A DNA stretch of 63,525 bases, filler included, from Octopus bimaculoides (lineage: Eukaryota), in NCBI RefSeq assembly GCF_001194135.2. It is 5 parts of 5 records of this genome, joined end to end, with 100 filler letters (N's around TTAATTAATTAA, not from the genome) between each part and the next. Parts side by side here need not be neighbours in the genome. Positions count along the whole stretch, not along the records: positions 26,453 to 41,993 come from NC_068986.1; positions 42,094 to 50,817 come from NC_068984.1; 3 more parts are not named here. One strand, given 5' to 3'. This document shows positions 36,827 to 49,794 of the stretch, one piece after another. Numbering within the stretch: the stretch's first letter is position 1; each line of letters begins with the position of its first letter. Below the pieces are notes generated by a model. It ran no database searches. It was given only the letters and a program-made list of their open reading frames with translations, and was not told where the DNA came from. A program made the translations under genes and the position numbers.

Positions 36827-38324
36827 AGTTACCTTTGGAAAAAAAAAATAACCTTATTTTATATTAGTAGTCTGTTTTGAATTTTAGTAGTTTTCTTATA
36901 TCATGTACTGCAAATGCAAATTACTAATATTGTTTTAAATGGGCCTAGTGCAGAGGAAAGGAAGGAGAGTAAGAGCTATTTTTGGGGAGCCAAGTGGCTT
37001 TTACTCAAAAATATTTTGAAATATGACACTTGGAGTTCTTCAATAAATTAGTTCATTTCACATTGCTTCATTTTACTTGGCTAAAAATGAGTACCAGGTG
37101 TGTTAGCAGAGAGTGGGGTGATGCTTAGCCTGTGAAAGACTGGCCTCCTATCAAGGAGTCTTGTATTCTTGTTTACTTAACCCTTTTTACTGTGGAAATC
37201 AAATATATCCACTCAAAATTTCATTAGCTTTAATTGCAGAAAGTTTTATTTTAAAATCTATCTTTTGTTGAAGAATGTCATGTTTGAATCTGTTTTTTTT
37301 TTTTTGACTTGCAGAAAATATCAATTCTATTTTGTGTAAGATATTTAACATCACTACTGGAATAACTATGAAATTTAATTTTGCAGTTAAAAGATTAAAC
37401 ACTGCAGAAACCAGAATAAGCTCTGTAGAACTGCTCCAGAATGTGTTCTATTCAACTCAAAAATGGTTTATGTAGATCTAATGACAACAAAATTTTAATT
37501 TAGCTATAGATTTCATGCTTCAAAAACGATATTTAAGAAGAGTATCTCTATCCACAAATTCACATTGTAATACTTTGTTCAAATATCAACAGAACATTCT
37601 GAACTGTTTCAATGTTCAATGTCAAAACCTTATTTATCAACAAACATATTTATATAATGAAGCACACCCCAAATATAGGAATACTTTTGTAATATATCAT
37701 TTTCATCCTTTTCACATTATGCAATGTTACCATGACAGCAGCAGCAATAGCAGCAGTAGCAAGAGCAGAAGCATCAGCAAAGACAGCAGCAGTAGCAGCA
37801 GCAGCAATTGCAGCTGCACCACCACCAGCACCACCACCACCACTACCAGTTTCATTGCTGCTTTATCATAGCTACAAAGTATATTCTCATCAGTATAAAC
37901 AGCTGCAACTAATCATCCATGAGCTCAGTTATTAATATTACTAAAGGTAGTTGGATTGGAAGAATTATTAGAACATTGGACAAAATGCTCTACAGTGTTT
38001 TGATACAGGCTTTTACAAATACAACCAAGGTTATCTTTGCCTTTCATCTATTGGGGTTGATAAAATATCAGTCAAGTACTGGGGCTGATTTAATTGACTA
38101 TATTCTCCTTTAAAATAAATGGCCTTGTGCTAATGTTAAAATTAAAAATATTATTCAGCTGCTAGACTGACAAGTAAAGCAACTGACAATCATGGCCAAG
38201 ATATAACCAGTAGTTTTCATTTTTGTAGTTTTCTGGTCTAAATGAAAGAAATTATTTTTCTTGATGGTTCTTTTTTTGTATCTAACAAGATTTTGCAATA
38301 AAATCTGAACATCTTTATGGACAT

Positions 38325-38620
38325 TGATGATGAAAAACATCATCATCATGATCATCAAAACTATCATCACCCCTACCATGATGATCTCGATGACAACCAC
38401 CACAACCACCACCATGACCACCACTTCCATCATGATGACCACGATCAGCACCATGACTACCACCACAACCACCACCACGACCACTGCCACAACCACCAAC
38501 ACAACCACCATGACCACCAATACAACCCCTCCACCACAACAAGTGCCAGCCACAGAATGACAATGACAACGCTGAACCCCCACCTCACAACAACAACATT
38601 AACAACAAAACAACAATAAG
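38325..38620. repeat. Degenerate (CAT/CAC/CAA)n trinucleotide tract
   Basis: Explains the His-rich and Val/Met-rich pseudo-ORFs. Confidence 0.9.
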
Positions 38621-40119
38621 AACAGAAGTAAACTTTTAAATATGTCAGTGTTTTGTTTCTTTGTCAACATTATCTTTCTTTCTAACACCAAAAATTCTTC
38701 AGCATCTCGAAAAAAGTCTTAATGCAGATGTAGTGCTTTTAAACTTGAACTCTTTTACGGTATTATCAATGTGCTTGTTTTACATTCATATATATACATA
38801 TATTCCAAAGGTGAAACAAAAAGAACACAATGAAGGGAAAACTAGATGAAAACTGGGCAAAAACATAACAGACAGAAAAAATAATGGATGGGAAAAGGAG
38901 ACAAATATGTGATACATGGAACATTCACGGTGGATTTTTTTCATCAGTTGGTTTCTAAGATGTCTTCGTCGTTTCGTGCACTTTAAAACTAAGAGTACTG
39001 TTATCCTGGAGGTACTGGAGCATTAAGCTTCACGAAAAAGCTGACAATTGTATACGAGTACAGAACAAAATAACATAGCATGTACTACAAGAAATAACGA
39101 CAAAGATATAACAGACAAGGAATGGTACAATTACAAAGAAAATGCCCTTTGGCTATACAATAGCAAAAAGAACAATTATACATATGTAATACTAACAGAA
39201 AGAGCCTTTCAGCTAAGCAGAAAGTAGTAAGGTAGCACAAAGAAGAACTGGACAGTAGATATACATGTATAGTTTGGTCAGCGGCAGGCTGAAAAAAATG
39301 ATGTGCCTTGACTGGACACTGGCCATGTGGTAGGAGAGAGGAAGAATGGAGAGGGTGGAGGGAGTAAGGAATGAGAGGAAGGGGAGGGACAGGGAGAGAG
39401 AAAGAAAGGGCAGAGGGACAGAAAAATAATAGAAAGGGAAGGAGAGATAACACATGCCCAGAGATAACACAGGTAAATGATGCTGATAGTAAATACGGAT
39501 ATTTTATCCCTTAGTTAGTTACTATAACTGCTAACTCTGCTTACCTTATATATATATATATATATATANNNNNNNNNNNNNNNNNNNNNNNNNNNNNNNN
39601 NNNNNNNNNNNNNNNNNNNNNNNNNNNNNNNNNNNNNNNNNNNNNNNNNNNNNNNNNNNNNNNNNNNNNNNNNNNNNNNNNNNNNNNNNNNNNNNNNNNN
39701 NNNNNNNNNNNNNNNNNNNNNNNNNNNNNNNNNNNNNNNNNNNNNNNNNNNNNNNNNNNNNNNNNNNNNNNNNNNNNNNNNNNNNNNNNNNNNNNNNNNN
39801 NNNNNNNNNNNNNNNNNNNNNNNNNNNNNNNNNNNNNNNNNNNNNNNNNNNNNNNNNNNNNNNNNNNNNNNNNNNNNNNNNNNNNNNNNNNNNNNNNNNN
39901 NNNNNNNNNNNNNNNNNNNNNNNNNNNNNNNNNNNNNNNNNNNNNNNNNNNNNNNNNNNNNNNNNNNNNNNNNNNNNNNNNNNNNNNNNNNNNNNNNNNN
40001 NNNNNNNNNNNNNNNNNNNNNNNNNNNNNNNNNNNNNNNNNNNNNNNNNNNNNNNNNNNNNNNNNNNNNNNNNNNNNNNNNNNNNNNNNNNNNNNNNNNN
40101 NNNNNNNNNNNNNNNNNNN

Positions 40120-40195
<76 letters not shown>

Positions 40196-40238
40196 TTATG
40201 AATTTAAGCTATGTATTGTATGTAATTCTTGTTTATTA

Positions 40239-40490
40239 ATGAGGATTCACTGAAAAATTCACTCTCATGGAATGTAACCAAATGAGGTTTATTTTTCAAC
40301 ATAATCATTCTTGTGGTCCACATACTTCTTCCATTGGGGTGCAGTGCTTGAATCCCATTGGTGAAGAAGCTTCCATCCTGTTGGTCAACAAAGTCAACAA
40401 CAGCATATATGATGTCATTGTTACCATGGTACTGGTTCCCAGCCAAGTGTCTTTACAGTCAGCCTATAAACTTTTCAACCCACCTTCATA
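40239..40490 (-). mobile_element. Mariner deletion derivative (~250 bp)
   Basis: Degenerate TIRs TGAGGATTCACTGAAAAATTCA vs TGAAGGTGGGTTGAAAAGTTTA; encodes HLAGNQYHGNNDIIYAVVDFVDQQDGSFFTNGIQAL/QWKKYVDHKNDYVEK (mariner C-terminus). Confidence 0.85.
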
Positions 40491-40700
40491 ATTGTTATGG
40501 ATTTAAGTTATGAAGTAAAATATTTTTCATGCCATTTTGTTCATTTAAAGCCTTATTATGTATACTTACCTGGCTCCTATGGAAATTTATTTTGAGACAA
40601 AATTTTATAACTAGATGTTGTTCTTGTTATCAACTCTCAACTGTTTTTCTGGCAAGAGATTTTTATATTTCACAAGTTTTTGAAAGCACAGAGTGACCAG

Positions 40701-40737
<37 letters not shown>

Positions 40738-40809
40738 TATATCAACATCAGTACTACTTCACTCAAACATTAACAAACAAAATATCAACATTTATGATGA
40801 AATCTTTGT

Positions 40810-40935
40810 CCCTGGTCCCACTATGTGGCACCTCAGATAAATGTCTGCTACTATATCCCTTGGACAACAAACCCTTGTAAATGAATTTGGGAGATGGAAA
40901 CTGAAGAAAGCCTGTCATATGTATTTGTATGTGTG

Positions 40936-40978
<43 letters not shown>

Positions 40979-41320
40979 ACACACACACGCACACGCACAC
41001 ACATGCAGAAGATGGATATTAAATGATGATGATGATATAGATGTATTTATGTGTGTGCGTTTGTGTGTACATATGTGTGTGTGTATGTGTTTGTGTGTAT
41101 GTATGTGTATGTGTCTTTGTCTTTGTGTTTGTCTCCACTACTGTCTGACAACCAGTGTTGATTTGTTTAAATCCCTGTAACTTAGCAAAGAGACTGATAG
41201 AATAAGTACCATACTTAAACAAACAAACAAAAAATACTGAATACTGGAGTTGATTTGTTCAACTAAACTTCAAGGCAATGCCCACAGTTTTATGACTGAA
41301 ACAAGTAAAAGATAAAAAGT
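40810..41320 (+). mobile_element. SINE family A, diverged
   Basis: gtcccactatgtggcacc..ggaaactgaagaaagcc..actgaaacaagtaaaaga. Confidence 0.8.
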
Positions 41321-41574
41321 AGCAATTTGCTTGACCTCTTTTCAATTCTCATAGCTGTTTTCAGTGTTCTGAAGGGGATCATATTTTCAAACAAGCTTTA
41401 CGATTGGTAAAGCCTACATAAATATTTATCAATAAGAAAATAGGTTAAAGTTTACTTTGGTCATGTGAACAGTAAAAAGTATAATGAGTTGAAGATTAAT
41501 ATCAGGCTTTGTATTTATATAAGAAATTATTTTTTAAGTGCTCATGCTGAATAGATAACTTTTCAGAGAATAGA

Positions 41575-41880
41575 CACTTGGCTCCTGGTTCAGTCTCATT
41601 GTGTGGTATTTGATAGATGGAAACTGAAAGAAGCCTATCATATATGTGTGTGTTTGTGTTTGTGTCTGTGTCTGTGTTTGTCTGCCATCACTGCTTGACA
41701 AATGGTGTTGTGTGTTTATGTCCCTCTAACTTACAGCTTGGACAAAACAGACCAACAAAATAAATACCAGGCTTAAAAAACATAAGCAATGGAGTCAATT
41801 CATTTGACTAAAGTTCTTCAAGTTGATACCCTACCTTGGCCACAGTCTAATGACTGAAAAAGATAAAAAATAAAGGATAA
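41575..41880 (+). mobile_element. SINE family A, internally deleted
   Basis: ggttcagtctcattgtgtgg..ggaaactgaaagaagcc..ggccacagtctaatgactg. Confidence 0.78.
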
Positions 41881-42093
41881 AAAATGAGATTTGACTTATG
41901 TAATGTCAACAATGGAAAATTATAAAGCCTTTTTGTTCCTAGTGAAAATTAAAATTGAACGGAAGATTATTTCAGCAAATTTATAAGAGAAGTNNNNNNN
42001 NNNNNNNNNNNNNNNNNNNNNNNNNNNNNNNNNNNNNTTAATTAATTAANNNNNNNNNNNNNNNNNNNNNNNNNNNNNNNNNNNNNNNNNNNN

Positions 42094-42164
<71 letters not shown>

Positions 42165-42337
42165 CATGTGTTTGTGTCTGAGTAGGTGCACAGGAATATG
42201 CTATATAGTTTTAATTGTAATTTGGTGCCGAAATATCTATAGATATATCTATATGTGTATCTATTTCTCTTTCTCTCTGTATATATATGCATGTATGTAT
42301 GTATGTATGTATGTATGTATGTATGTATATATGTATA

Positions 42338-42480
42338 GGCAGCTTTGGGGTTAAGAAATTTGTTTTTAAGCAACCTGGCTTTTGGTTCAGTCCCACTGTA
42401 TGGCATCTTGAGCAAGTATCTTCTACCATACCGCTGGCCTGACCAAAGCCATGTAGGTTTGGTAGACAGAAACTGTCATA
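42338..42480 (+). mobile_element. SINE family A head
   Basis: ggttcagtcccactgtatggcatcttgagcaagtatctt. Confidence 0.75.
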
Positions 42481-42515
42481 CATATATACATACGTACTTT
42501 GATGTATATATAAGA

Positions 42516-42549
<34 letters not shown>

Positions 42550-42794
42550 GAGAATTTACGAAAAAACAACNNNNNNNNNNATACATACATACATACATGT
42601 ATGTATGTATATATATATGAATCTGTACATAAATATTAATGTGCATACATGTGTGCATGAGTGTGTGTATGTGCTGGTGACAGGAAAGCTATCTAGGTAT
42701 AGACATTAAACTAACGGGGATGAAAATTTAACCATAATGAATTGTATCTTGACTCCATACATATATCTCTACTTGAAGAAATATCTGTGTCTAG

Positions 42795-42905
42795 AAACAA
42801 ACAATAAAGTGTCTTGCTCAAGAACACAATGCACTGCCGGAATTCGAACTCATGACTTTACGATCATGAGCCAAATACCCTAACCACTTAGCTATGCACC
42901 TTCAC
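42795..42905 (-). mobile_element. SINE family D head + CORE start
   Basis: aaagtgtcttgctcaagaacacaatgc..cgaactcatgactttacgatc..ccctaaccactta. Confidence 0.8.
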
Positions 42906-42929
42906 TAATAAGGAATATTAGTTTCACGT

Positions 42930-43590
42930 TTTTGGAACAAGGCCAGCAATTTCAGGGGAGAGGTAAGTCTATTAGGTCGATCTCTGCGCTCCACTGGTAC
43001 TTATTTTTATCAACCCCGAAAGGATGAAAGGCAAAGTCGATTTTGAAAGCATTTGAACTCCAAACACAAAGACAAATGAAATACTACAAAGCATTTTATC
43101 GGATGTGCTAACAATTCTGCCAGTTCACCACCTTAGGAAATGGCTTCAAATTTTGGCACAAGGCCAGCAATTTCCAGGAGGAGATAAATCAATTAGATCA
43201 ACCCCAGTACTCAATTTGTACTTATTCTATCGACCTCGAAAAGTTGAAAGGCATAGTCAGCTTCAGAAGAATTTGATTAAAAAAGGTAAGGACAGACGAA
43301 ATGCCGCGAGGCATTTTGCCTGGTGTGCTCACGATTTTGCTAATTCACTACTTTACCAATAATACTTATAATAATCCTTTCTAGTATAGGCACAAGACCT
43401 GAAATTTTATAGAAGGGGACTGGTCGATTACATCAATTCCAGTGGTTTGCTGGTACTTAATTTACCAACCCCGAAAGGATGAAAGGCAAAGTTGACCTTG
43501 ATGGAATTTGAACTTAGAATGTAGCAGCAGATGAAATACAGCTAAGCAATTCATCCAGCATGCTAATGATTCTGCTAGCTCGCCGCCTTA
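42930..43590 (-). mobile_element. Three tandem SINE family C copies (~42930-43115, 43150-43350, 43375-43590)
   Basis: Each carries caaggccagcaattt/cacaagacctg..cccgaaaggatgaaaggcaaag..gaatttgaac..ctgc(c/t)ag. Confidence 0.85.
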
Positions 43591-44066
43591 GCTACATTAC
43601 TTTGTTTTGTCTTGGTATAAAAGATGGGTTACAGCAAATATTCTGCTTAATACCACAGATTTGCTTGTCACTTGTTTGACTTTAACCAGTTGAGCTTGTT
43701 CCTTAGTGGCTGATGAGATGTGCATCTTTGATCACAAGCAGAAGTAGTGGGGAAACATCATAGTCATATATTCAGAGAAATTCTATGAGGTTTCAATAAT
43801 TCACCCCTGGAAACATGGGTGTTTTGTTTAACATCCTTAAACAACTCTTATTTGGAGACAATTTGAGCGGGATGGGGTACTCGACCTGATGAAAATTCTA
43901 ACTAGGCCCCCACCTGCAAGGTCATGTGCTGTTAATCACCATGTCACGCACATATGGTTGTGAGGCATGTGCCTGACGTACCCTTATCAGACAGGTAGTC
44001 ATGATGGGTATACTGGGCTTTGTATATTTTACCCCAGTGTCACTTTGATGGCATGCACTGCTCTCA

Positions 44067-44067
44067 A

Positions 44068-44155
<88 letters not shown>
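44067..44155. repeat. (ACT)n-(AAT)n microsatellite
   Basis: Direct read. Confidence 0.95.
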
Positions 44156-44157
<2 letters not shown>

Positions 44158-44492
44158 TGATCAGCTGACAACAAGGTATGCGATAAAGAAGAAAGTAAAG
44201 TCGATAGATATGACAGGTTAGCTTGGGAGTTAAAGCCGTTGTGGTCGCTGAAAAAGGTGGTAGTAGTACCAATAATTGTTGGAGCCCTGGGAACAGAGAG
44301 TAAAAGTCTTGAGAAGTACATGGAACAAATAGGGGCTGCAATAAGGGTCGAGCACTTGCAGAAAACTGCACTGCTTGGAACCGCATGAATACTCACGATG
44401 GTGCTCGAAAAATAAGGGGTGTTACCTTAGTTCACTGGTAGTGATCAGCTGGCACCATAGTACATCTCCAGCATTAGAAGCTGTGCAAGGAC
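44156..44492 (+). mobile_element. 5'-truncated R4/Dong-type non-LTR retrotransposon inserted in (AAT)n
   Basis: 44161-44415 encodes SADNKVCDKEESKVDRYDRLAWELKPLWSLKKVVVVPIIVGALGT..LQKTALLGTA*ILTMVLEK*, the RLE-domain C-terminus; (AAT)n on both sides. Confidence 0.85.
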
Positions 44493-44560
<68 letters not shown>

Positions 44561-44579
44561 TGATGATGATTACAATAAT

Positions 44580-44800
44580 AAGGATTGAGACACAAGACAG
44601 CAGCTTTGATGAGAAGGGATTAGTTAATACCATTAACTCCAGTACTTACCTGGTACTTTATTTTCTCGACACTGGAAAAAAAAAAATGAAAAGTAAAGTT
44701 GGCCTTGATGGGATTCGAACTCACAACAGAAAGAACTTGAACAAATACAGCAGAGTTTCTTTTTAATCTACTAAATGTTCTAACTATTCTGCCAACTCAC
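44580..44800 (-). mobile_element. SINE family C, diverged
   Basis: ggtactttatttt..gaaagtaaagttggcc..gattcgaactc..ctattctgccaactcacc. Confidence 0.7.
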
Positions 44801-45904
44801 CAAGCTTTACTATAACTAAAATGGTGCTCAACAATGAATTATGCCAGAAATTGTTTTGAATTGGCATTCCAGTTTAATTTCAATCTCAGTAATTATAAAC
44901 TCATGGAATTATATCAGAATAAATTAATGAGAAAGTTATAGTTTTTAGTATTAAGAGGTCAAGGAAATTTACTGATCCTGCAAAAATTATGTATCTACAA
45001 TGAGAATGCAGGTCAACACCAAGAACTGGAAATGCGCCATTAAAATTACTCTCAGACATGCAACACTTTATCCATTATATCAGCAGTTGTCTACCTTCCT
45101 GACAACTAACAAGCTAACGGTTAACCTAGTTGATATAAAACCTTAACCTTACTTTAAAAAAATAAATAAATAAATAAACTAATCCTTGCTAAACATCAGA
45201 TTTTAATCTATTTTTCTATTCTTACAATATTTTTGTTTCTTTCATATTGTTACTGCTGCTGCTATTTCGTTGTATGGTTTGATGCACAAAATTGCAAAAT
45301 GCTGGAAAAGCGCCACATGCAGTTTCTTGGTTAACAGAGCATGAACGTGATATGATTCTGATTAGCATAAATTCCTACTGTGTCTTTTTTGTTTTTTTTA
45401 TTACTATTTTGTTAAGCTTTAGGAAATACTCTGCCGATAGAATTATGGGTATACATATGTACATATATGAGAAACTGCATAGACTGCACGATAAATGAAT
45501 AAATAAATAAATAGATAAATAAATACATAGATGAATAAATAAATAAGTGTACAAAGAGTTACATTATGGAGAGTCAGAATTCCAAAGCATAATGGGAATA
45601 AAAACACGTCTGATATTGATATGCTTCATAAATTTAGGTGTAAGAGCGTGTCAGCTGTCTTGTGGGTACAACAGTCATAAAGAATTTTCCCTACGTTGGA
45701 TAAATAAAGGATATTAACTGCTAAATACCTTTATTGCTCTCTCTCTCTCTCTCACCCTCTCTGCCACTGTCTCTGGCTCTGTCTCTCTGTCTCTTTCTCA
45801 TGTGTGCGTCTAAATATGTATGTATATCGTATATAAAGAGAACAGCAGAAAGAAGAAAAGAAGGTTATTGAGAGAATTAACACAAGGAGTGTAGGATGAT
45901 ATAC

Positions 45905-46084
45905 TTTTTACTCTTTTACTTGTTTCAGTCATTTGACTGCGACCCCAGGACTTATTCTTTGTAAGCCTAGTACTTATTCTATCTGTCTCCTTTTGACGAA
46001 CCGCTAAGTTATGGGGACGTAAACATACCAGCATCGGTTGTCAAGCGATGTTGGAGGGACAAACACAGACACACAAACATATAA

Positions 46085-46115
<31 letters not shown>

Positions 46116-46824
46116 CATAAATGTATAGGGATTGACAGTAACCTGCTTCTCCAACATACTGAGAATTCAGAAATAGCAGTCAAAGAACTACTGATTTCAA
46201 AACTACAAATTATTACTCCAGTGTTGGAGAAGCAGGTTACTGTCAATNNNNNNNNNNNNNNNNNNNNNNNNNNNNNNNNNNNNNNNNNNNNNNNNNNNNN
46301 NNNNNNNNNNNNNNNNNNNNNNNNNNNNNNNNNNNNNNNNNNNNNNNNNNNNNNNNNNNNNNNNNNNNNNNNNNNNNNNNNNNNNNNNNNNNNNNNNNNN
46401 NNNNNNNNNNNNNNNNNNNNNNNNNNNNNNNNNNNNNNNNNNNNNNNNNNNNNNNNNNNNNNNNNNNNNNNNNNNNNNNNNNNNNNNNNNNNNNNNNNNN
46501 NNNNNNNNNNNNNNNNNNNNNNNNNNNNNNNNNNNNNNNNNNNNNNNNNNNNNNNNNNNNNNNNNNNNNNNNNNNNNNNNNNNNNNNNNNNNNNNNNNNN
46601 NNNNNNNNNNNNNNNNNNNNNNNNNNNNNNNNNNNNNNNNNNNNNNNNNNNNNNNNNNNNNNNNNNNNNNNNNNNNNNTTCCGTCTACCAAATCCTCTCA
46701 CAAGGCTTTGGTCGGCCCGAGGCTATAGTAGAAGACACTTGCCCAAAGTGCCACGCAGTGGGACTGAACCCGGAACCATGTGATTGGTGAGCAAGCTACT
46801 TACCACACAGCCACTCCTGCACCT
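45905..46824 (-). mobile_element. SINE family A pieces either side of an N gap (45905-46100 3' part; 46679-46824 head)
   Basis: Both pieces closely match other family A copies. Confidence 0.8.
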
Positions 46825-47077
46825 ATATATTCACTTCTGTTGATGACTTTATACTAAAAAAAAAAGAGAAGGGACGGGTAAAGGCAGCAGTGTAGCGTGG
46901 GTCTTGACTACCCTCTCCTAAAACTTACCATAATTCCGAATGCAACAAACATGCGTATATAAAATCAATGCCCTGTATGGCCTACACACCTCACGCAACA
47001 CCACCGGGTTAATGGTTAATGAATAAGAAAACCAAAGTCAATCATCATGCATATTTAAGAATGTAAATGCTTGATTC

Positions 47078-47488
47078 TTTTTTTTTACTTGTTTCAGTCA
47101 TTTGCCTGTGGCCATGCTGGAGCACCGCCTTTAGTTGAGCAAATCGACTCCAGGACTTATTCTTTGTAAGCCTAGTGCTTATTCTATCAGTCTCTTTTGC
47201 CGAACCGCTCGGTTACAGGGACGTAAACACACCAGCATCGGTTGTCAAGCGATGTTGGGACAAACATAGACACACAAACATACACACACACACACACACA
47301 TACATATATATATATACATATATACGACAGGCTTCTTTCAGTTTCCGTCTACCAAATCCACTCACAAGGCTTTGGTCGACCAGAGGCTATAGTAGAAGAC
47401 ACTTGCCCAAGGTGCCACGCAATGGGACTGAACCCGGAATCATGTGGTTGGTAAGCAAGCTACTTACCACACAGCCACTCCTACGCCT
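47078..47488 (-). mobile_element. SINE family A, full length, young
   Basis: Most complete copy; minus head AGGCGTAGGAGTGGCTGTGTGGTAAGTAGC..CCGGGTTCAGTCCC. Confidence 0.95.
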
Positions 47489-48112
47489 TGTTGATATAAA
47501 ACAATAATGCACTATAGAGAAATTTTTTAATCATACATACCAACAACAAGTATAGCTTTAACGATCTTGTTAGTAAAATATTACAATTTAACTACATAGT
47601 ATATAGTTTACGACTTTGTATTTGAAAAAGGGTCGAATTCAAGCAAAATAGATGACACATCTTTATTTACAGCATTAAACAAGGTAAGGTTTACATAAAT
47701 ATGCTCAAGAGAAAATGAATCGATATTATTATATTTTAAAAAGTGAATTGACGAAAGTGTTGCAGTAAGTATTATAAAAAAATTACGTATATATACTTGT
47801 TCGTAAAATCAAAATGTCTATCAGCAGAAAATAATAAGAAGCAAGTACAAAACATACACAACGAAAGTGCTTTTAAACAAAAAGAAACAAATAACAATGA
47901 CAAAAGGATTCCTCATTCAATTTAAAGTGACTCGTAATTTAAGATCACTGATTCTAATTTGTTAAGGTTAGATCCGATGCCAACGATAGGTTAAGCGATA
48001 AAGAAAATGTGAAATGATACGACTTAAACATGGCCGCCGTTGCAAGAATGGGTGAGACAGCTGAGTGTTCTCTTAAATAACCATAAAATGGATCCCTGAC
48101 TACTGACCTCTG

Positions 48113-48440
48113 GCACTGGCACTCTGTCGGTTACGACGACAAGAGTTCCAGTTGATCCGATCAACGGAACAGCCTACTCGTGAAATTAACGTGCAAGTGG
48201 CTGAGCATACAACAGACACATGTACTCTTAACGTAATTCTCAAGGAGATTCAGCGTGACACAGAATGTGACAAGGCTGGCCCTTTGAAATATAGGTACTA
48301 CTCATTTTTACCATATGAGTGGACTGGAACAATGTGAAATAAAGTGTCTTGCTCAAAGACACAACGCCCCGCAGAAAATCGAACTCACGATCTTACGATC
48401 GAGAGCTGAATATCCTAACCACTAAGCCATGCACCTTCAC
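48113..48440 (-). mobile_element. SINE with family D head + CORE-like domain joined to the family B tail
   Basis: 48295-48440 matches family D; 48113-48295 matches the family B 3' body. Confidence 0.85.
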
Positions 48441-48729
48441 ACTGATCTCTGACACACATACAATAGCTTATGGTTCTTGATTAGCTAAAATAAGACATGT
48501 AGCAAGAGTGAAATTAAAAGATGTCATCTGCATAAGGTCGCTACACATACTTTATAAAGAGACATTTTCTTCACCTTGAATATGTAAATGTATGAATACG
48601 GGTGTCTGTATACTTGTATTAGTGTATGTTTGTATGTAAGTAATTATCTTTGAATATGTATGCGTGAGTGTTGTACGATCTTGTAAATTGGGGGCGGGGT
48701 GTTAGACAGAGAGGAAAAGTAAAACATTC

Positions 48730-48940
48730 TTTTCTATTCTAGGCACAAGGCCCAACATTTTGGGGGAAGGGTGGGCAATCGATTAGACGACCGCAGTACG
48801 CAACTGGTACTTAATTTGTCGACCCCCGAAAGGATGAAAGGCAAAGTCGACCTCGGCGGAATTTGAACTGAGAACGTAACGGCAGACGAATTACCGCTAA
48901 GCATTTCGCCTGGCGTGCTAACCTTTCAGCCAGTTCACCG
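48730..48940 (-). mobile_element. SINE family C
   Basis: Full-length reverse complement. Confidence 0.9.
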
Positions 48941-49199
48941 TGTATTTGTGCACGATCTTGCCCACAGATATTACATATTACTTCCACTAAGGAAGGTATT
49001 ATCAAGACAACTTAGTTCTCTGATTCGCATAGTTTATGTTCTTCCCGAAAACTACTGTTTTGTCTTTTAGACGATAGCTTGGTAGGGAATAAGCAGTGGG
49101 CATGAAGGAAAAATACTAGAGGTGACATCCTCACTTTGTATTCACACACACACACACACACGTGAACACACACACACGTACACACACATNNNNNNNNNN

Positions 49200-49712
49200 T
49201 TATCTTTTTTCTCTTTTACTGGTTTCAGTTATTGGACAGCAGCCAAGCTGGGACGCTGCCTTTGTAGAATTTTAGGCCAACGAATCGATCCCACTACTTT
49301 ATTTTCTTTGAAGCCAGGTATTTATTCTATCAGTCTCTTTTGCCGAACTGCTAGGCGAGGGAGACGTAAACACGCCAACACCGGATGGTGAACAAATGCT
49401 AACACGAAGACACACACACACACTATCTCTCACACACACACACACACGCACACATACGCTGACACGAACACACACGCTGACACGAAGACGCACACTCACA
49501 CTTACACACACACACACTCTCTCTCACACACACTCACACAAACACACATACATACACAAACATACTACTGGCTTCTTTAAGTTTCCATCTACCAAATCCG
49601 CTCACAAGGCTTTGGTCGGCCCGAAGCTATAATAGAAGACAATTGCCCAAGGTGTCTCGCAGTGGTACTGAGCTCAGAACCACGTGGTTGGGAGGCAAAC
49701 TTCGTAAACGAG
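49200..49712 (-). mobile_element. SINE family A with expanded internal (CA)n
   Basis: 3' module 49200-49400, internal tract 49400-49565, head 49565-49712. Confidence 0.85.
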
Positions 49713-49794
49713 CTAAATCTTTTGTAGTAATACATTTTTGGGAAAGCAAAAATGAATTTGAAAATAAATCAGGTTTAAAACGTTAATATAAGCA

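Noticed and set aside
38155-38619. His-rich and Val/Met-rich ORFs; likewise poly-D/Y (17374), poly-L/S (19153), YI/HT/CV and SIYL ORFs
   Set aside because: Translations of microsatellites, open in several frames on both strands, with no splice or start context.
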